DNA from: an uncultured Candidatus Saccharibacteria bacterium
GTDB taxonomy: Bacteria > Patescibacteriota > Minisyncoccia > UBA6257
Length of the DNA: 57,033 bases
Assembly: GCA_964618625.1 (NCBI GenBank)
Contig: CAZUBI010000002.1
Span: 1-57,033 of the forward strand
Direction: 5' to 3'
The notes under the pieces were generated by a model that saw only the letters and a list, made by a program, of their open reading frames with translations, searched no databases and was not told the DNA's origin. The translations under genes and the position numbers were made by a program. Shown here piece by piece: positions 49,296 through 57,033 of this stretch; the first letter of the stretch is position 1, and every line of letters starts with the position of its first letter.

Positions 49296-50786
49296 TTATT
49301 GTGTTGACCAATTACGGAATAAATCAACAAGTTTTTTAAAACTCCAGAAAAAGAATAAATAAACTAAAGCCCCTACAAGAACAGAAAAGATAACATTAAG
49401 ATTATAAACTATTTGTTGAGAAATTACAAAATACATTACAATGCTGGAAAGACCAGCACTCAAAAAAGTAAAAAGAAATTTTAAATTAAATGGTTTGATT
49501 GGAGTAAATTTTAATGTAAATTTATAAAGCAAAAAGAGAATTAAAAACAGAGTGATAACTGTAGTAAAAGCTGCTCCATAAAGGCTATATTTTGGAATTA
49601 AAATTAAGTTTAGCCCTATATTAACGATTGCTCCTGATAAAGCTATCCAAAAAAGTCTTTTTTGCTGATTTGAAATGATTAATGCCTGACCAAAAGGATT
49701 ACCAATATAAGAAAGTGCTGCCATTATTAGTAAAATTTGAAAAGCTAAAATTGAAGGAAAATAACTTGGATCATAAATAAAATCAATAATTTTTGGAGCT
49801 AAAATTATTCCCCCTGCCACCAAAGGTACAGATAAAAAAATCATCAGTTGCATATAATAATCCCAAGATTTCTGAAGTTTTTCTTTTGATTCTTTAAATA
49901 ATTTACTAAGAACTGGAAAAAAAGTTATGGAGATAAGACTTACTGGAACAAAAGTTGCTCCGATAATTTTATAAGCAGCATTATACCAGCCAACTTGGAT
50001 AATTTGGCCAAAATAACCCATCATTATCGAGTCGGTTTGGCTATGAATTGTGGCGAAAGCTCCAGCTAAAGCTAATGGCCAAGACATTAATAAAACACTC
50101 CGCCAGATATTTTTATTAAAGCTTAATTTTAATCTATAAATTTTGAAGTGGAAAAAAACTAATATAGAAATAAAGGTTATTGAGACAGCAAATAAATAAA
50201 CTAAACTTAAATTTTGAACCGAAGGAAAATTAAAAAGGACAAAAAAGCCAGCCCCAGTTATAACTATTGCTTGTAGAATTTTAGTCCAGGCCTCATACTC
50301 CATTTGCTGACGGGCCCTTAGAAAAGCATAAATAATCTCTGAAAAACTACTAACTATAATATAAATTCCTAAAATCCAGATTACTCCCCGGATTACTGGG
50401 TCAGGAGTAATAAAAAAAGAACCAAGACAAATTAAAATCAAGGCTCCTATACTTAAAATAAGTTTTAAAGAAAGAATATTGGAAAATTCTCTTTCTTTTT
50501 CTTTTTCGCGGGCAAGTTCACGAGTAGTAATTTGAGAAATGCCAAAATCAGAAAAAATAGCAAATAAAGAAACGAAAGCCAAAGCAAAAGTGAATTTTCC
50601 GTATTCTGTAGCCCCTAAAATCCGGGCAATATAAATAATTAAAAAAAGTTTTAAAAATCGGGTTACACCCTCTGCCACAGCTAACCAAAAAGTATTTTTA
50701 ACAATAGTCTGCTTAGTTCCTGAGTTTTTAAGAAAAAAAGCACTTGGGTTTAAAATAATATTTTTTATTGTATTTTTAATATCCAT
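49296..50786 (-). CDS. wzx: Wzx-type oligosaccharide flippase
   Basis: Multiple transmembrane segments, KNTFW, ARILGATEYG, DFGI, TDSIMMG, GWYNAAY, GAA. Confidence 0.92.
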   Translation of the reverse strand: MDIKNTIKNIILNPSAFFLKNSGTKQTIVKNTFWLAVAEGVTRFLKLFLIIYIARILGATEYGKFTFALAFVSLFAIFSDFGISQITTRELAREKEKEREFSNILSLKLILSIGALILICLGSFFITPDPVIRGVIWILGIYIIVSSFSEIIYAFLRARQQMEYEAWTKILQAIVITGAGFFVLFNFPSVQNLSLVYLFAVSITFISILVFFHFKIYRLKLSFNKNIWRSVLLMSWPLALAGAFATIHSQTDSIMMGYFGQIIQVGWYNAAYKIIGATFVPVSLISITFFPVLSKLFKESKEKLQKSWDYYMQLMIFLSVPLVAGGIILAPKIIDFIYDPSYFPSILAFQILLIMAALSYIGNPFGQALIISNQQKRLFWIALSGAIVNIGLNLILIPKYSLYGAAFTTVITLFLILFLLYKFTLKFTPIKPFNLKFLFTFLSAGLSSIVMYFVISQQIVYNLNVIFSVLVGALVYLFFFWSFKKLVDLFRNWSTQ

Positions 50787-50829
50787 TTTTTATTTAAATA
50801 AATACCTTATATAAGCCTAAATTAAAAAA

Positions 50830-51519
50830 TCATAGGCATTTCTTTATTTCCTTGATACTCTCTGAAACTAAATTTTTTCTTAACCAATCTTTTTGTTTTT
50901 CATCAACTAATCCCCCTACGCCTTGCAAAACATTTTTTGAATTATAATTCTTCTTAATAAACTTGATTAAAAGACTAAAATATTCTTCTGGGGATTTATT
51001 GGTTCTTTCCTTTAATAATCCGGGGTTAATAAAATATCCTTTTTTCAAAAAATAATAAATATCAAATAAATCACGGGCAACAGGCAATCCCCTTTCTGTT
51101 ATGGCTATCGCTTTATGAGTTACCATCGTTGGGATATCAACAATTTTTAACTCAACGCCTAAAAGCCGACGAGTTTCATAATTATTATTTTCCCATTTTC
51201 TTTTATTAAATTCTATCTTAATATTTGGAGTGTTTTGTTCATAATCCAGCATAAAAAACACAGTATATCTTTTGTTATAAAAATCTTTAATGCGACCGTA
51301 TTTTTGAATGATTATTTTGATCCTATCAATATCCTCTGAATTTAAGTCTTTTATGATATCAAAATCCAAATCTAATGAAAGTCGAGGTAATCCATAAAAT
51401 AACATAGCGGCAGTACCTCCTTTAAAAGCAATTTTACCGTTTAAAGATTTTAAAATATCCAACAAAAGTTCTGTCAGAATTCTTTTATGTTTATCAACAT
51501 TAGCTCTATTCTTAATCAT
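50830..51519 (-). CDS. abiEii: AbiEii nucleotidyltransferase toxin (type IV TA)
   Basis: FKGGTA, RLSLDLDF, K...ARDLFD. Confidence 0.9.
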   Translation of the reverse strand: MIKNRANVDKHKRILTELLLDILKSLNGKIAFKGGTAAMLFYGLPRLSLDLDFDIIKDLNSEDIDRIKIIIQKYGRIKDFYNKRYTVFFMLDYEQNTPNIKIEFNKRKWENNNYETRRLLGVELKIVDIPTMVTHKAIAITERGLPVARDLFDIYYFLKKGYFINPGLLKERTNKSPEEYFSLLIKFIKKNYNSKNVLQGVGGLVDEKQKDWLRKNLVSESIKEIKKCL

Positions 51520-51522
51520 AAA

Positions 51523-52089
51523 TTAAAAAGAATTAAGAAAGTCTTTGATTTTGTTTTTAACTGATTGCGGATAATATTTTAATAAATTTTGTAATCGTAA
51601 TTTGTTTACTTTCTCTAAATTATCAATATTAGGATGCATGCCCAAATATAAACAATCTAAAATAGCGCGCTCGGGAGTAGCGATACTAAGATTTTCTAAA
51701 AATTGAATACCTTCTAAATTCAACAATAATTCTTTTTTAAGTGCAAAATACTTTAAAGTATAATCAGCTATTTTCCTTTTGTAATTAATTAAAGCCGCTG
51801 ATTCTATTTCCTGGCTGGCTTGAAAGGCTATGCCATGATAAAAAAGAGCGCAATTAAAAGAAACGTAAGAAGGAGTAATAACCGTATTTGCCAATTCATA
51901 AATATTAAAATCCTTCTTTAAACTATAATACCCCCTTGCTATCCTGGATAATAAACCCTTGTCTACCATTCTTTTTATAACAATATTAAAAGATTCCTTT
52001 TTAACACCCCAAAGGTTAATTAAGCACTTAGCTGAAAAAGTTGTTTTGTTTAGCTTGTTTAGTATGGCTAAACGCTCTGCATTATTCAT
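51523..52089 (-). CDS. abiEi: AbiEi antitoxin (wHTH)
   Basis: RIARGYY, PSYVSFNCAL, ATPERAILD; directly upstream of the toxin. Confidence 0.85.
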   Translation of the reverse strand: MNNAERLAILNKLNKTTFSAKCLINLWGVKKESFNIVIKRMVDKGLLSRIARGYYSLKKDFNIYELANTVITPSYVSFNCALFYHGIAFQASQEIESAALINYKRKIADYTLKYFALKKELLLNLEGIQFLENLSIATPERAILDCLYLGMHPNIDNLEKVNKLRLQNLLKYYPQSVKNKIKDFLNSF

Positions 52090-52100
52090 ATGATTCCGAG

Positions 52101-52156
52101 TGATAGTATACGAATCTGTATACTATCATTGTATATCTACTAAATTTTCTTGTCAA
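52101..52156 (-). promoter_or_regulatory. abiE promoter TTGACA-17-TACAAT with a perfect 11-bp inverted-repeat operator
   Basis: -35 at 52151-52156, -10 at 52128-52133; TGATAGTATAC-gaatct-GTATACTATCA at 52101-52128. Confidence 0.8.
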
Positions 52157-52169
52157 GTATAATAATTAA

Positions 52170-53195
52170 TTACAAATATTTCCCGCGGGATTCTAAGTGT
52201 TTTTCAAATGTTTCAGAAAAGATAGTTCTTCCTGTTTCTCTGTCAGTCATATAATACCAATAATCATTTATTAATGGGTTTAAAGCCGCTTGAATTGATT
52301 CTATTCCAGGATTATTAATGGGTGTAGGAGGCAATCCTTTATAAAGATAAGTATTATAAGGAGAATCTAATTCAAATAATTCACGGGCAAGAGAACACTT
52401 TTTAAATGATTGAAATTTAGCATAACAAATTGTTGCATCAACTTGAAGAGGAAAATTTGTATCCAATCTTCTCCAAAGAATATCTGCTACCATCCTTTTA
52501 TCTGTTTCTTCGCGAACCTCTTTTTCCAACAAAGAAGCCATTATTAAAATTTCATAAAAGCTTCTTTTTTGTTCCTTTATCTCAAAGAATAAATCATTTT
52601 CAGTTTTGGTAACAAAATTATCTATAAATATTGAAAGAATCTCTTCTTCTTCTAGCCCCCGAGGTAAATGATAAGAATCAGGAAATAAATATCCTTCTAG
52701 CGAGACATCTAAAGGAATCTCAGAAAAAATATCAAGATATTTTTTCTCAAGAAAATCCTCTGCTTTCCATTCTTTTAATGATGAGGATGAATCAATTAAG
52801 CCTTTCTCTTTCAGGTTTTCCTCTATTTCTAACATTGTCTCCCCTTCTGCTATGAGAAAACTATTATTATTCTGAGCTAATTTTCCATCAGTTATAATCT
52901 CGGTTATGTTAGTAATTGTTAAAGGTGAAATAAATTGATAATCTCCTGCTTTAATATTCTTTTCTAATCCTTTTGCCTTTACATAAAACTGGAATAAAAA
53001 AGAGGAAAAAATATAATTTTTACTTTTTAATCTTTGGGAAATGCTTTTTAAATTTTCCCCTTTAGTTATTGAAAAATTGCATTGATCCTGGCAATGCAAA
53101 GGTAAAGTCCCTACATTAATGAGAAAATAAAAAAGTAATACCGAAATACAGACGATGATAAATAATGAAGTTCTGATAAATTGTTTTTTATTCAT
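52170..53195 (-). CDS. mltG: Endolytic transglycosylase MltG
   Basis: LEGYLFPDSY, ASLLEKE, LQVDAT, SPYNTY, GLPPTPINNPG. Confidence 0.96.
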   Translation of the reverse strand: MNKKQFIRTSLFIIVCISVLLFYFLINVGTLPLHCQDQCNFSITKGENLKSISQRLKSKNYIFSSFLFQFYVKAKGLEKNIKAGDYQFISPLTITNITEIITDGKLAQNNNSFLIAEGETMLEIEENLKEKGLIDSSSSLKEWKAEDFLEKKYLDIFSEIPLDVSLEGYLFPDSYHLPRGLEEEEILSIFIDNFVTKTENDLFFEIKEQKRSFYEILIMASLLEKEVREETDKRMVADILWRRLDTNFPLQVDATICYAKFQSFKKCSLARELFELDSPYNTYLYKGLPPTPINNPGIESIQAALNPLINDYWYYMTDRETGRTIFSETFEKHLESRGKYL

Positions 53196-53232
53196 TGTTA
53201 GTTGTTCGTCGTTATTTGTTTAAAAGTGTAGT

Positions 53233-53261
53233 GAGATTGCCACGCTTCGCTCGCAATGACG
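53233..53261. repeat. CGTC-tagged REP-like palindrome
   Basis: gagattgccacgcttcgctcgcaatgacg (attgc/gcaat stem; reverse complement starts CGTC). Confidence 0.65.
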
Positions 53262-53268
53262 GAAAAAC

Positions 53269-53337
53269 AGAAGGCGAGGGAGATATTGTTGAGAAAACTA
53301 TAGTGATTAGCGTGTTTTCGAAACAATTTCCCCTCTC
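53269..53337. repeat. ~65-bp palindromic repeat family, copy 3
   Basis: agaaggcgagggagatattgttgagaaaactatagtgattagcgtgttttcgaaacaatttcccctctc. Confidence 0.9.
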
Positions 53338-53346
53338 ATTCGCGAG

Positions 53347-53374
53347 GGATCATTCACTTCATTCAGAATGACAG
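53347..53374. repeat. TGTC-tagged REP-like palindrome
   Basis: ggatcattcacttcattcagaatgacag. Confidence 0.55.
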
Positions 53375-53379
53375 AACGA

Positions 53380-54456
53380 TTAGGCGCGGTGGATTATCAT
53401 ACTGTTTATTATCCCCAGACCGATAAAATCTATTAAAAGATGAGATCCACCTGCGGAAATAAAAGGTAAGGCTATCCCCACAATAGGAAGTAATCCCAAA
53501 TTCATTCCAATATTAACAAAAACCCCAATTAATAATTTAATGGCAAATCCAATCGCAAAAAGTTTACAAAAATTATAAGAAAATGTATTGGCCCAAATAA
53601 CTAACCGATAAAAAATAAATAAAAAACAAATTAATAAAGCAGAGACGCCAAACAGACCTAATGATTCAGCTAAAGAGGCAAAAATAAAATCAGTCTTGGC
53701 TAACGGCAAAAAACGCAAATTTGTTTGAGAACCCCAACCTAAACCTCTACCAAAAATTCTACCAGAGCCAATAGCGATTAATGCCTGCTCTCTATTATAT
53801 CCAACCCCTAAAGGATCCTCTTGCGGGTATATAAAGCTAATGATTCGGGATTGCTGATAAGGTTTTAAAAGAAAACTCCAGGACAAACCCGCTATTAAAG
53901 CGAAAATAATCAACAAAAGAATAATTTGTTTAAATCTGATTCCACTTATAAATACCAAACCAAGCCAAATTGCTCCAAATATCATTGCGCCGCCTAAATC
54001 AGGCTGGGCGGCAATTAAAGCCATTGGAATAAAAGTAAAAAACCCAGAGGTTAATAGATGGCGAAACCGCCAAATTTCCAAATGCCGCGATGATAAATAT
54101 TTAGCCAATATTATAATCAAAGAAAGTTTTGCTATTTCTATTGGTTGAAAACTAAATGATCCAAAATTAAACCAACCAGCCACCCCACTGCTCTTATCTC
54201 CAAAAAACAATACAACAACTAATAAAACTAAGGACAAAAGATATAAAATCAGAATTAATTGGGAAGAATTAAAAATTCGCCAATCCAAAAAGGAAAAAAC
54301 AAAAAACGCGCAAATGCTTATTGCTAAAAAAACCAGTTGTTTTTTAAAAGAAAAAAAAGGAGCAGCATCTTGAGAAGATATGCTCCATAACACTAATAAA
54401 CCTAGGGCAATCAAAATAAAGAGAGAGAAAAACAAAAGAGAGTCAGTCTTAAACAT
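53380..54456 (-). CDS. rodA: Rod shape-determining protein RodA (SEDS family)
   Basis: FQPIEIAK, QPDLG, LKPYQQSRI, AIGSG, TDFIF, PFISAGGS. Confidence 0.93.
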   Translation of the reverse strand: MFKTDSLLFFSLFILIALGLLVLWSISSQDAAPFFSFKKQLVFLAISICAFFVFSFLDWRIFNSSQLILILYLLSLVLLVVVLFFGDKSSGVAGWFNFGSFSFQPIEIAKLSLIIILAKYLSSRHLEIWRFRHLLTSGFFTFIPMALIAAQPDLGGAMIFGAIWLGLVFISGIRFKQIILLLIIFALIAGLSWSFLLKPYQQSRIISFIYPQEDPLGVGYNREQALIAIGSGRIFGRGLGWGSQTNLRFLPLAKTDFIFASLAESLGLFGVSALLICFLFIFYRLVIWANTFSYNFCKLFAIGFAIKLLIGVFVNIGMNLGLLPIVGIALPFISAGGSHLLIDFIGLGIINSMIIHRA

Positions 54457-54472
54457 AATTTCTTTATACTAA

Positions 54473-55825
54473 CTAAGGAGCTAAGAAAACATTTTCCGCA
54501 TCTAAAATATTAATATTTGTAATTTTCTCACAAATAGTAATATCATCAGGTAATTTCTGGTGCCATTGAATAACAAATTGAGAAGATTTGCCAGAATAAA
54601 TATCTTCTAAAACTGTCGTCCCTACAGAAACAGGCTTTCTTTTATCATCACAAAGAATTATAGCTATATTTCCATTTCGCCAATTATATGAAGTGCTGTT
54701 ATAAACATCACCTTTAACTTCCAAAGTGGCTTCAAAAGGTTCTAATTGTTCTCCTGGTAAACCAGTTATTGTCTCAGGAGGTTCGCTAAAAAGTTCATTT
54801 AATTTATCCCTTGTTAAGGGACCAACTTGGCCAGTAATTCTAATGCCGTATTTTTTTTGAAAATCTTTTACTGCTTTTTCAGTGATTTCTCCAAAATAAC
54901 CTGTAATAGAGCCTAAAGGACTAACTGTTGAATCCAACATCAACGCCCTTTGTAAATTAAGTACTTCATTGCCTTGATTCCCCTTTTTTAAAGTCAAAGT
55001 AAAAATATAGCTAAATGGCCCAATATCACTAGGTCCATAGAGTTCATGAAGTTTTGCTCTTGTCTGAGGGCCAACTTGACCAGTAGTTCTAATGCCATAT
55101 TTCTTCTGAAATCTTTTTACCGCAGCTTCTGTTAATTTTCCAAAATATCCAGTTACTTCACCTTCAGGATAAATAGCAGGATCAAGACTAAGAACTTTCT
55201 GAAGGTTAAAAACTTCCGCGTCTTTCATTCCCAATACAAGAGTTTTTGTGAAAGTATAAACATTATAATCAACCCCGGGAATAGGCTGAGGCTTTATCAT
55301 TTTAGTATTTGTAACAATAAAAGGGTCCCCTAAATTAAGGTCTATGCCTGGTAATGGCTTATTCCATACGATTGTTTCTGTCAAAATTTCTATATCAGCT
55401 TCTGAAGGTTCAAATGCTACCGCAACATTAGGAATTATGAAATATCTAATCTCATGAGGAAAAATAAATCCAGATTTAATAAATTCTTGTTTCTCTTGAT
55501 TAGATCCTATAAGGATTACTTTATAAGAAAATCCTTGAGCTCCCCATTCCTGGCTTAAATTAGTAATTTTAAAAAGGATGTCTACTTTATTTTTTTGATT
55601 AATTAATAAAATAGGAGAGTCGGCTAAAGAAAGCGGAGGATTATATTTTAATTCACACAAAATACAAGGGTCTCCGCAATCTATACCTTCTTCCCCTTGA
55701 TTACGCTTATTATCAAAACAAGTTGGAGCTGAACGATAAGTTAAATAAATTCCCCCGCCAATAAGCGAAAAAATGCCTAAAAATACAAAAGCAATAACAA
55801 TTTGTTTTCTTAATCGTTTGTCCAT
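54473..55825 (-). CDS. Membrane-anchored protein with a CFD..N..E.GIDCG motif and two PG_binding_1-like domains
   Basis: N-terminal transmembrane segment, TCFDNKRNQGEEGIDCGDPC, and two repeats of L..G....EV..LQ..L...TGYFG..TE.AVK.FQKKYGI..TGQVGP.TR.KL.EL. Confidence 0.85.
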   Translation of the reverse strand: MDKRLRKQIVIAFVFLGIFSLIGGGIYLTYRSAPTCFDNKRNQGEEGIDCGDPCILCELKYNPPLSLADSPILLINQKNKVDILFKITNLSQEWGAQGFSYKVILIGSNQEKQEFIKSGFIFPHEIRYFIIPNVAVAFEPSEADIEILTETIVWNKPLPGIDLNLGDPFIVTNTKMIKPQPIPGVDYNVYTFTKTLVLGMKDAEVFNLQKVLSLDPAIYPEGEVTGYFGKLTEAAVKRFQKKYGIRTTGQVGPQTRAKLHELYGPSDIGPFSYIFTLTLKKGNQGNEVLNLQRALMLDSTVSPLGSITGYFGEITEKAVKDFQKKYGIRITGQVGPLTRDKLNELFSEPPETITGLPGEQLEPFEATLEVKGDVYNSTSYNWRNGNIAIILCDDKRKPVSVGTTVLEDIYSGKSSQFVIQWHQKLPDDITICEKITNINILDAENVFLAP

Positions 55826-55853
55826 TGTTCAAATTATAGCATAAAAATTAAAA

Positions 55854-55881
55854 AAGGCGAGGAAATATTGTTAAAAAAACC
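55854..55881. repeat. Partial (left-half) copy of the ~65-bp palindromic repeat, abutting the 5S 3' end
   Basis: aaggcgaggaaatattgttaaaaaaac matches 13874-13900 at 24 of 27 positions. Confidence 0.6.
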
Positions 55882-55988
55882 GCTGGCATGCCCTACTTTC
55901 CCCAAAAGAGTATCATCGGGCTTAATTACTTTCACTTCTCTGTTCGGAATGGAAAGAGGTGGGTCATAATTAAGTAAAACACCAGCGG
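55880..55988 (-). rRNA. rrf: 5S rRNA (about 109 nt, shortened helix IV)
   Basis: CCGCTGG/CCAGCGG helix I, CCATTCCGAAC loop C, GATGATACT...GAAAGTAG loop E. Confidence 0.93.
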
Positions 55989-56167
55989 AATTTATATATA
56001 TAAAAAAACGTCTTTTTCTTCTTTTCGCTAAAGATAGGAAAGTTGCTTTGATAATTAGTACTCCTCGGCTTAATCCATTACTGGACTTCCACCTAGAGCC
56101 TATCAACCTGGTCATCTTCCAGGAATCTCACTCCCATAAATGGGAAACGATACCTAATCTTGGAGTG

Positions 56168-56200
<33 letters not shown>

Positions 56201-56279
56201 CTTCCGAACATAGCTACCCGGCGATGCCCTTGGCAGGACAACCGGTAGACCAGAGGTTCGTCCAATCAGGTCCTCTCGT

Positions 56280-56609
56280 CAAGTTATTCCTTTATTTCTA
56301 AAGGCTCAGACTATATCTTCATCCCAATCTTAATTGGGAGTCGGCGTATGATAAAAAACTAAAAGTTTTTTATCTCATCTGTTTTAAAACAGAATCAGTC
56401 GTTACGGGGACTAGTAAAAGTTAATAACCTAATATCTCTTTTATTAATCTTCCCACGATATTGCCTGTTAATTTTACGGTCCTCAAGTATAATGGCATAA
56501 ATTTACGGACCTAAACAAATTTATTTAATGCAACCATAAAATTACTTCAGGTTTCATCGTTATTAGCCGAATTGTCATTACGGATTACTCCGTAAAGTAG
56601 CAATTTCTT
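56280..56609 (-). ncRNA. Group I intron (330 nt, no ORF) inside the sarcin-ricin loop after E. coli-equivalent U2656
   Basis: Exons rejoin as CTGATCATAGT|ACGAGAGGACC; U/G splice rule met; P1 UAGU|AA-GAAA-UUGCUA. P AATAACGATGAAACC, Q AATATCGTGGGAAG, R CCCGTAACGACTG, S AAGATATAGTC. Confidence 0.9.
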
Positions 56610-56672
56610 ACTATGATCAGCTCTCCTCAAGTATCGAACGCCCACAGCAGATAGAGGCCGACCTGTCTCACG

Positions 56673-56954
56673 CATATTTTCCTTTTGTTACCAAAAGTAT
56701 GGACTATATCACCATCCTAACATTATGTTAGGAGACCGACGTATTAATAAAGATTAAAAATCTTTATTCTGTTCTGGTAAAAACCAGAACAAGTCTCTAC
56801 GGGGTTAATAGATTCTTTTGTCTTAAAAAACAAACGAAAATCTACAACTTCCCTCGGTATTATCCTATTATATGACAGGTCAAAATCAAAATAGGATTTC
56901 ACCGATATAAGTCGGTTTTGCTCCGACGGTTGCCCAATCGGAGCCGCCAAATTG
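56673..56954 (-). ncRNA. Group I intron (282 nt, no ORF) after E. coli-equivalent U2593
   Basis: Exons rejoin as TTCAGACCGT|CGTGAGACAG; U/G rule met. P TATATCGGTGAAATCC, Q AATACCGAGGGAAG, R CCCGTAGAGACT, S GATATAGTCC. Confidence 0.92.
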
Positions 56955-57033
56955 ACGGTCTGAACCCAGCTCGCGTACCCTTTTAATTGGCGAACAGCCA
57001 AACCCTTGGGACCTTCTTCAGCCCCAGGATAGG

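Overview
AT-rich bacterial chromosomal segment, most consistent with a Patescibacteria/CPR (Parcubacteria-like) genome. This is inferred from the 16S signatures, unlinked rRNA genes, intron-bearing rRNA/tRNA and the abundance of pilin genes. Every credible gene lies on the minus strand. In ascending coordinates the window holds: type IV pilus module 1 (four minor pilins, pilC, pilB, a prepilin-peptidase-like paralog, major pilin) with an orphan receiver protein; a stand-alone 16S rRNA gene with a group I intron; four tRNAs, the initiator tRNA being intron-split; gatA/gatC and ligA; pilus module 2 (four minor pilins, pilD, major pilin, pilC, pilT); mraY, a D,D-carboxypeptidase, scpB/scpA, secA, hpf, a 64% Lys+Arg protein and murB; a ~21 kb surface-glycan locus (dTDP-rhamnose, GDP-heptose, pyruvyl/methyl/radical-SAM tailoring enzymes, Wzx); an AbiE toxin-antitoxin pair; mltG, rodA and a peptidoglycan-binding protein; then 5S rRNA and the 3' part of 23S rRNA with two more group I introns. 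The most striking signals are a group I intron inside the sarcin-ricin loop, a 16S 3' end without an anti-Shine-Dalgarno sequence alongside an atypical initiator tRNA, a ~45-bp element shared upstream of both pilus operons, and a ~65-bp palindromic repeat family with one copy translated in frame inside a gene. All assignments come from reading motifs by eye; no database searches were run.
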